Source: Paraspadella gotoi
Lineage: Eukaryota > Animalia > Chaetognatha
Assembly (NCBI GenBank): GCA_051294375.1
Contig: CM119270.1
Location: forward strand, 5,154,152 to 5,218,151
Direction of reading: 5' to 3'
Length of the DNA: 64,000 nucleotides
Numbering within the stretch: position 1 is the first letter of the stretch; each line of letters begins with the position of its first letter. The notes below the pieces were generated by a model, which was given only the letters and a program-made list of their open reading frames with translations, was not told the DNA's origin and made no database searches. The position numbers and the translations under genes are program-made. Below, piece by piece: positions 54,706 to 64,000 of this stretch.

Positions 54706-55194
54706 NNNNNNNNNNNNNNNNNNNNNNNNNTTTTTTTTTCAATATAAAATTAAAAGCACCTTTTTAATGTAGATTCTTGAAGGACAGAAAAAATAAAAAA
54801 CGATGAATGTAAAAGAGAGTAGAAGAGTGAGTTAGAAGTAACAAAATAAAAAGTAGGAAAAAAGACTAATAAGAATCAAGAAATTAGAGAATAAAGAAAG
54901 ATATTGATCTCTCCGACTCTCCCTCCCTGTTTTTCCTATTACCCTTCCCTTCTTTCAATGTTTTTCCCATCCCCTCTTTCTTTCTCCCCAATCCCATCCC
55001 TTCCTCCGCTCAGCTCCGTTCCCAACTCCACTGAATCCCCTCCCCAACTCCCCTCTATCCTCTCTTCCGTTTCCCATAATCCCCTCCTCCGCTCTCTTCT
55101 CCCCTCTCTTCCGTTCTTCTCAATCCCCACCCCTCACCCCCTTTTATCCCCTCCTCCCATTCCCCTAAATCCCCTCCCCTCTTCTCCCCGTTAA

Positions 55195-55785
55195 GGAATG
55201 CCTCTGCCGCAGGATCGGCGAAATCCTGCGTCCACAGCGGCGGACGCGGCAGGAGGCAGCAGCAGATCCNNNNNNNNNNNNNNNNNNNNNNNNNNNNNNN
55301 NNNNNNNNNNNNNNNNNNNNNNNNNNNNNNNNNNNNNNNNNNNNNNNNNNNNNNNNNNNNNNNNNNNNNNNNNNNNNNNNNNNNNNNNNNNNNNNNNNNN
55401 NNNNNNNNNNNNNNNNNNNNNNNNNNNNNNNNNNNNNNNNNNNNNNNNNNNNNNNNNNNNNNNNNNNNNNNNNNNNNNNNNNNNNNGCGGCTGCTGCGGC
55501 TCCGGCGGTGCAGCGGCCATCCGCGGGGGTTAAGATAAGCAGAAGACGTGATATCTGGCCGGTCTCGAGAGCCGTTTGGGCCGCCGCAGCCGTCAACGGG
55601 GCACGACGACGACGAGGACGATTACGACGATTACGACGACGACGACGACGACGATGAAATCCCCTTTCTTCGTCGTCATCGGCGTCATCGTTGTTTTCAT
55701 TGTCGCTGTAATCGTCGTCATCGTCGTTATCTCAAGGATTTTTGTTGAAACGGTCGTCGGCGTCGTCGTCGTCGTCGTCGCTTCA
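55195..55785. other. GC/CpG-rich island interrupted by an N gap, with (GAC)n/(GTC)n tracts; function unknown
   Basis: High GC on both sides of the gap at 55270-55486; no recognisable protein in any frame. Confidence 0.35.
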
Positions 55786-56684
55786 TTTTCGGTTTCTAGT
55801 TCCACGTCGCGTCTCCCAGTTTCCTCCTCTTCCTCTTCTTCTTTCTCCTTAATTATTTTCCTTTCCTCCTCCTCCTCCTCCTCCTCCTCNNNNNNNNNNN
55901 NNNNNNNNNNNNNNNNNNNNNNNNNNNNNNNNNNNNNNNNNNNNNNNNNNNNNNNNNNNNNNNNNNNNNNNNNNNNNNNNNNNNNNNNNNNNNNNNNNNN
56001 NNNNNNNNNNNNNNNNNNNNNNNNNNNNNNNNNNNNNNNNTTTGTTTTTTTTTAAGGTGGTAAAGATTCTTTTTTTTCTAAACTTCTCCCTTCTACGCAT
56101 TTCGACATCGAATGCGAAAAAGAAGGGAGTGGAAAGGAGTTTAAGGATCTCTCTCTCTCTCTTTCTCTCTCTCTNNNNNNNNNNNNNNNNNNNNNNNNNN
56201 NNNNNNNNNNNNNNNNNNNNNNNNNNNNNNNNNNNNNNNNNNNNNNNNNNNNNNNNNNNNNNNNNNNNNNNNNNNNNNNNNNNNNNNNNNNNNNNNNNNN
56301 NNNNNNNNNNNNNNNNNNNNNNNNNNNNNNNNNNNNNNNNNNNNNNNNNNNNNNNNNNNNNNNNNNNNNNNNNNNNNNNNNNNNNNNNNNNNNNNNNNNN
56401 NNNNNNNNNNNNNNNNNNNNNNNNNNNNNNTCTCACCTTCCGTAATGTTTTAAATGCGAATAAATAAAATAAGAAATATAATATAACATAATTTATTAAA
56501 TGTTTTGGAAAGTTTCAACTATTATGTTGTCACTGAGATAATCGACCCGAATTTTACTTCAAAGCACAAATATTCAAGGAACCATTTGGATATTGCGACA
56601 TTTTTTTTTTATTTTTTGAGAAAGAATCCATTCGAAAAATATTCTTCCTCCTGGGTCATTGATCCCTCTACATAAATTATACCT

Positions 56685-56795
56685 CTTTCTTTCTTTCTTT
56701 CTTTCTTTCTATTATTTGATCTTTTTTTTTCGCCTTTCATTCTTTTTTCTTTCTTTCTTTTTTTCTTTATTGCTTTCTATCTTTCTTTCTTTTTT

Positions 56796-56851
<56 letters not shown>

Positions 56852-56980
56852 TTTTTCTTTATTGCTTTCTATCTTTCTTTCTTTGTTTTTTTCTTTTTGT
56901 CTTTCTTTAATTAATTCTTTCTCTCTTATTCTTTCTTTTTTGTTTCTTTCTTTCTGTCGCTCTTTTTTTCTTTCTCTTTC
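56685..56980 (+). repeat. (CTTT)n-rich low-complexity tract
   Basis: Direct reading; similar tracts at about 1890-2035 and 42420-42470, and (GAAA)n at about 62470-62960. Confidence 0.85.
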
Positions 56981-58517
56981 ACACTTCATCATTTTTTCAC
57001 TAATACTATTTCACTTCTTCCCTGAGTCTCACAAATTTTCGGTGTCGATTTTTTTTACGTTCTTACGATTTTACTTTTTAATTCTGAGGAAATTCACAAA
57101 GGAACAAAATTTTGGAGTTAGTCATTTAAACGTAGCACATATATCTTTTTTTATGTCTTAGATGAGCGAGATACACTAAATTTTCTATAAGTTTATCTTT
57201 TAAATTTCAATTTAATTACTTACACCCCATCAAACTAATATTATCATAATAATTGAATTCAGATTTTTTTTATTTTTTCTTTTTATTTCATTCACAATCA
57301 TTTATTATTTTCAGACTCCTTTGTCTTTTCATGTTCCAACAAAATAAGACTTTGGAACATTTTTAAAATATATTTTCTTTGTATCAAAGTTTATTCTCAT
57401 TAGTTTTTTCTTGCGCGTATTATTCAAAAACAAACAGAAAAAAAACTTCAACTGTGATATAAAGATTTAATATAATGTCATGAAAATATAACAACAATAA
57501 TCAGTTTGAAACTTCCAGAAAGAGTTTAAAAAAATCAGTAACCGACTTTTTTTTCTTCGGTTCGTCCCTGGGCTCAACAAAAAAAAATGGAAAAAAAAGT
57601 GGAAATTGAACTTAAATGAAACAAAAACAATTACTGGATCACATTGCCTAAAAAAAGGAAATAAATTGAACACAGTCCGGGAAAAAAATTGAAAGANNNN
57701 NNNNNNNNNNNNNNNNNNNNNNNNNNNNNNNNNNNNNNNNNNNNNNNNNNNNNNNNNNNNNNNNNNNNNNNNNNNNNNNNNNNNNNNNNNNNNNNNNNNN
57801 NNNNNNNNNNNNNNNNNNNNGAGAGAGAGAGAGAGAGAGAGAGAGAACGGGCGATAGCAGCAGTAGTAAGTTGGTTTTTATTTGTAAATTTGTGAGTGAA
57901 AAGGGGAAAATAACACAAATAATAAATAGAAAGAGTTTAAATTCAAGATTGGCCTCCATCGGAAAAATTATTAAACAAGATTAAACGGAACCAGAGAAAA
58001 ATTAATTTTCTATAAATTGTTTATTTTGGTGTTAATTTTGAATCTTTGGCGCCCAAAGTTGACACAAGAAAAAAAGAATTTTGGCGGCGACAGACGGAGA
58101 ACATAACAAAAACATTTTTCTTCTTCTGGGGAAAAACAATATTTGTTTTCTTAATGTTCTTTCTTTTCTTTTTCTTTTTCTTTGTTTTATGACCCTTTTG
58201 TCTGATCTTACATTATAATGTATCCCAAATTACGGACAATATTGAGGGATTAAATCAAATTTGAATTATTTTAATTTGTACCACAGTTATACACATGCCT
58301 TGAACTCATCATTTTAAGATTACTTAAAGCGTTTTTCCTTTTGGATTTGTCCTTAAAACCGTGGTGTCTCCACGCTTGATTGGTCGAGTGATTGCTTGAC
58401 TGCTTGGCTGCGTGCCGAGATCTGACTGCGTGCGGGAATTTCATTCTTTTGATGAAGAAAAAAAATGTTGTCTCAACTTTTGAAGATTTAGATTTTTGGT
58501 GGAACTAATTGGTTTGC

Positions 58518-58568
<51 letters not shown>

Positions 58569-58845
58569 CAGAGAGAGACCGAGAGAGAGAAACTCGATAT
58601 TTCTTTCCACGTGAGAGACTGATATTGTCGCTTATTGAAATGAGTCCATGGCGTGACCGAAAAAGATCAAAAAGGTAAGTAACGTTTCATTTGATGAAAT
58701 GAAATGAGGATGAGTTCATTTGTTGCTTTCCTCTTTATCAAATTTCCAAATCTCGCTCACCTTCGTGCTCTTCCTCATCTTCAACTTACCTTCATGACTT
58801 ACCCCCTGACGTCACCATAATGTCCTCGAGGGAATTACCTCACCC

Positions 58846-58886
<41 letters not shown>

Positions 58887-59472
58887 CAAAGAGACGCTCT
58901 ATCGCTATGACTCACTGAATGCCTCGTCGCACGTCAGGGGAAGACAAAGACGACGACGACGACGACGACGACGACGATGGCTCCACCGGTGCCATCTTGA
59001 AAAAGATTGACCCCGGGCACGAGAAGATGATCCTCCGTCGAGGGACGANNNNNNNNNNNNNNNNNNNNNNNNNNNNNNNNNNNNNNNNNNNNNNNNNNNN
59101 NNNNNNNNNNNNNNNNNNNNNNNNNNNNNNNNNNNNNNNNNNNNNNNNNNNNNNNNNNNNNNNNNNNNNNNNNNNNNNNNNNNNNNNNNNNNNNNNNNNN
59201 NNNNNNNNNNNNNNNNNNNNNNNNNNNNNNNNNNNNNNNNNNNNNNNNNNNNNNNNNNNNNNNNNNNNNNNNNNNNNNNNNNNNNNNNNNNNNNNNNNNN
59301 NNNNNNNNNNNNNNNNNNNNNCTTCGTCGAAGGGGGTGTTTGCGCCCCTTGAAGTCGAATACAAACTCCCCCTCACGAGAAGATGACACTTTTCGTGGGG
59401 ATGGATTGGGGATGGATTGGGGATCGGCACCTGTGCCACGACGGGGATGTTATGAAGTCGATGGGGGAGAGG

Positions 59473-59600
<128 letters not shown>

Positions 59601-60285
59601 AACGAGACTCTTCCGGCTTTCCGTTTCTTTGTAATAAAAAAAAGTCGTTGACTTGTTTTTGTTTCTCGACTTCGAATCGAATCCCGAATTTTTTGTCTTT
59701 TGTTTTCGTCTCTCGATTCGATTTAGTTTTATTTATTTTTTTTTATTTCGACAAATTAAAAAAAAAGGAAGAAAAAATTTGGGAAAAGCATTTTTAGATT
59801 TTTGTCGTTTCGTGAATTTTCTTTAAATTTTAGAGGGAACTCAGTGAAAGAAAAAAGCTGTTTGGATTTTCTTTTATCTATTGGCTCTGTGAAATGGGTA
59901 CAACCAATATAAAAATTAACCTTACATTTTATAAAAAAAAGCCCCGGACTTTATTTTAATAGCCGAGGTTTAACTGAAGTTGACCACGTAAAGTTATCCT
60001 TCATTAAAAAGTAACGAGAAGCTAGACGAAGTCAAAAAAGGTTTTTTTAAGAATAGTTGTGTTTATCTGACAATGATTTAGGTGTTTTTGATATAAATAT
60101 ATGACAGACGCACCCTTATTACTAGAGTTCATTAACGGAGAACTCATTACATTTAAAGAGTTTGAGCTATTTATTCTTATTATTATTATTATCTCTCTAT
60201 TATTATTATTATTCTTATTATTATTTATTCCATTTATTCCTTCATGCCATCTATTGCCGTTAACGCAGCGTCTTTCGCTTTTTCT

Positions 60286-60320
<35 letters not shown>

Positions 60321-60861
60321 NNNNNNNNNNNNNNNNNNNNNNNNNNNNNNNNNNNNNNNNNNNNNNNNNNNNNNNNNNNNNNNNNNNNNNNNNNNNNNNN
60401 NNNNNNNNNNNNNNNNNNNNNNNNNNNNNNNNNNNNNNNNNNNNNNNNNNNNNNNNNNNNNNNNNNNNNNNNNNNNNNNNNNNNNNNNNNNNNNNNNNNN
60501 NNNNNNNNNNNNTTTTTTTTTCTCAAAATGTTTTTTCCTTAGATTTCTTTGTTCTTTTGTCAAAAGAAAAAAAATGTTTTTTGGCAGCGAAATTNNNNNN
60601 NNNNNNNNNNNNNNNNNNNNNNNNNNNNNNNNNNNNNNNNNNNNNNNNNNNNNNNNNNNNNNNNNNNNNNNNNNNNNNNNNNNNNNNNNNNNNNNNNNNN
60701 NNNNNNNNNNNNNNNNNNNNNNNNNNNNNNNNNNNNNNNNNNNNNNNNNNNNNNNNNNNNNNNNNNNNNNNNNNNNNNNNNNNNNNNNNNNNNNNNNNNN
60801 NNNNNNNNNNNNNNNNNNNNNNNNNNNNNNNNNNNNNNNNNNNNNNNNNNNNNNNNNNNNN

Positions 60862-60892
<31 letters not shown>

Positions 60893-62073
60893 ATAAAGAA
60901 AGAAAGGTGTTTTATGAAAATCATTTATAACTTCACTAAAATTTGATAAAACAAATCGTATGATAATCGATAAAAGGACAAGTGATATATGCAATTTATC
61001 GAGACGTTTTAAAAAACTTACAACGGACCTCACTACACTACAAATCTGCCAGTAATCTTATTACTAATATTATTATTATTATAATAATAATTTGAAAGAA
61101 AATTTGATTTAAATGCATGGCGAGCACGGTTAAGTAGATAAGATAAACAATCACGTTGTTGAAAAAAACATGGGATTAATATTTTTAGTTAAATTGTTTT
61201 AAACGTAAATCGTAAATAAAACATCGAATCTTCGACATTCGAGTCTTAAAATCTGAATCTGGAAATCCGAATCTAATCTGAATCTTAATTCTGCCTACAA
61301 AACGGGGACGACAACGAAGACGACAACGACAACAAAAAGGGACAACGACAACAAAGAGGACAANNNNNNNNNNNNNNNNNNNNNNNNNNNNNNNNNNNNN
61401 NNNNNNNNNNNNNNNNNNNNNNNNNNNNNNNNNNNNNNNNNNNNNNNNNNNNNNNNNNNNNNNNNNNNNNNNNNNNNNNNNNNNNNNNNNNNNNNNNNNN
61501 NNNNNNNNNNNNNNNNNNNNNNNNNNNNNNNNNNNNNNNNNNNNNNNNNNNNNNNNNNNNNNNNNNNNNNNNNNNNNNNNNNNNNNNNNNNNNNNNNNNN
61601 NNNNNNNNNNNNNNNNNNNNNNNNNNNNNNNNNNNNNNNNNNNNNNNNNNNNNNNNNNNNNNNNNTTCCTTCCTTTCTACTTCCTCCTTTTCTTCCGCTC
61701 TTTCTCTTTATTAAATGGTGCATTGAATTTGGGGCTGAGATTTTTAAAAGAATCTTTAATCTCATTTGCATATTTAACTTTAACACAACATTTTAAAAAT
61801 TTCTTTTAAGTATAGATTTGCGATCGACCTAAAGTTTATCTAACAAAGTATCATATTTTTCCAATCTTATTTTGACACATTTTTTCCTCCCTGATTCTCT
61901 CTTACCCTAATTTACCCTCTCTTTTCTCCCTCTCATCCCCCACCTCTTCCTCCTCATTCTTTTTGTTTTTCAAATTTGACTTACAAAAAAGAAGAGAAAC
62001 AGATGCGCAGGTGACAAAGGCCGAGGGTGAGGTAAACTGGAAAAAAGTGAGTTCAGCAGGCGTCGGAGACAAT

Positions 62074-62117
<44 letters not shown>

Positions 62118-63079
62118 TCTCTCTCTCAGCTTCCTCCCCCGCACAGGGATGGAAGAAAACACCGCTGGCGAACTCGCCAATGACATTCAACAGGCCTTTT
62201 AAAATTGTGTGAGAGAGAGAGAGAGAGAGCGACAGAGAGTGAGAGAGAGAAAAGAGAAAATAGAAGAAAGCGGGGGAAAAAAACGAAAAAGGGGTCACGA
62301 GAAAAAAAAAGCTAAAGAAAGAAATCAAAAAGGAAAATTAAGACGAGGATAAAAAAAAAGATTTAGAAAGGAAATGTTAAAGAAGAAGAAGACGCAGGTG
62401 CGTCGATGCTTATGTGGCGCAACAAAGGAAGAAGAAAACAAAGAAGAAGAGAGAAGAAAAACAAAGGAGAGAAAGAAAGAAAGAAAGAAAGAAAGAATGA
62501 ATGAAAGAAAGAAAGACAGAAAGAAAAGAGAGAAAGGAATATACTTAGTAAGAAAAATAAAAAGAGAGAAAGTAAAAAATCAAGAAAGAAAAAAAGGAAA
62601 GAAAGGAGTGACAGGAAGAAACAGAGTAAAAAAAATTGAAAGAGAGAAAGTAAAAAATAAAGAAAGAAAGAAAGAAAGAAANNNNNNNNNNNNNNNNNNN
62701 NNNNNNNNNNNNNNNNNNNNNNNNNNNNNNNNNNNNNNNNNNNNNNNNNNNNNNNNNNNNNNNNNNNNNNNNNNNNNNNNNNNNNNNNNNNNNNNNNNNN
62801 NNNNNNNNNNNNNNNNNNNNNNNNNNNNNNNNNNNNNNNNNNNNNNNNNNNNNNNNNNNNNNNNNNNNNNNNNNNNNNNNNNNNNNNNNNNNNNNNNNNN
62901 NNNNNNNNNNNNNNNNNNNNNNNNNNNNGAAAGAAAGAAAGAAAGAAAGTAAGAAAGAAAGAGAGAAAAAAGAAAAAGAAAAAGAAGTAAAAAAAATAGT
63001 TTCTCTTCCTCGCGACTTTTCAATTAAATTAAACCCTTAATATGTAAAAATGAAGAAGAGTTCATCCCAGGGGGATGTA

Positions 63080-63124
<45 letters not shown>

Positions 63125-63294
63125 CCTATTTTGGGACGTTTGACAGTTTGTGCCTTCTCAATAAACTCTCCACTTTATGTTTTCAGCCGGGCCCGAAACG
63201 TCAGCGCGAATTAGGAGAAGAAAATATAAACTGATTGGATTAAAATGAAAAGTGAAGTTAATTCAATAAAAGGAGAAGGAGAGCGGGAGAGAGC

Positions 63295-63330
<36 letters not shown>

Positions 63331-64000
63331 AAGAGTGAGGGTGAGAAAGAAGTAAAGAAAGAAAAAAGGCCAATTCATAAGTTATATAAAAAAAAAGGAA
63401 TACAACATAAAACGTACATTATAAGGCAATAATCATCCGTTCGAAAGTCGCTCCCTAAAACATCTGTCGGCAGAGACAGACATTAAAATCCTCGCGGAAA
63501 AAAAAAGAGGATTTTTAAAAAACGAAAAGAATTGAATTTAAAAATGGGACTAAAAACGACAGGTTGAATTATCGGCGGATCACTCTTACTCTACGACAAG
63601 AGGCTGATGACAAGAAAACTTAAAAATATCAGATTTTGAAAAACCGGAATTCACCCCCCCCCCGAAAACTTTACTTCGGTTTCGAACCTTTTTGACCCAC
63701 ATTTTTGGGGTTTTTCATTTTGATCCGATCAAATTAACCCTGAAGGTTTTATCGTCGAGTCTTTAAGTTATGTTTTATTAGGAGATAAACATTTTTTTTT
63801 AATTGGAATGTTTAATTGGAACTTCGATTAAATGAGTAGTTCAAGTTTTTTGAGTTTTAAACGTGGTAAACATTTTCTCGAAGGAAAATTTTGTTTTAAC
63901 AAATCTAACTGAAGCTGGTTTTAACATCGTCTAAGCTCATAGAACTAGATTTATATTAATTTCATTTCGATATTGATTTGATAAAAACGAATCTAGACCG

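Overview
AT-rich, microsatellite-dense invertebrate (metazoan) genomic scaffold with many N gaps. Only one protein-coding gene is supportable: a minus-strand tristetraprolin-family gene (Tis11/ZFP36L-like tandem CCCH RNA-binding protein). It has two exons: a 17-codon first exon (47437-47487) that the 551-aa ORF omits, a 384-bp GT-AG intron, and a large second exon (45394-47052), giving about 569 aa. The protein has a C-terminal CNOT1-binding motif, and the downstream region carries AU-rich elements. A second, indel-riddled tandem copy of the whole locus lies at about 49256-54705. The first 36 kb is a patchwork of direct and inverted near-copies (A-B-C-C-A'-D-B') that join at (GA)n tracts and at gaps of exactly 25 N. 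This pattern most likely reflects long-read gap-filling or mis-assembly rather than biology. Real but modest novelties are a small TIR-bounded MITE-like element with a telomere-like core, a 2x70-bp tandem repeat, a 12-bp minisatellite and a CRE/DR1/MEF2 motif cluster near a GC-rich island. I found no convincing new multi-gene system. Almost all other ORFs in the track are microsatellite or N-gap artefacts.
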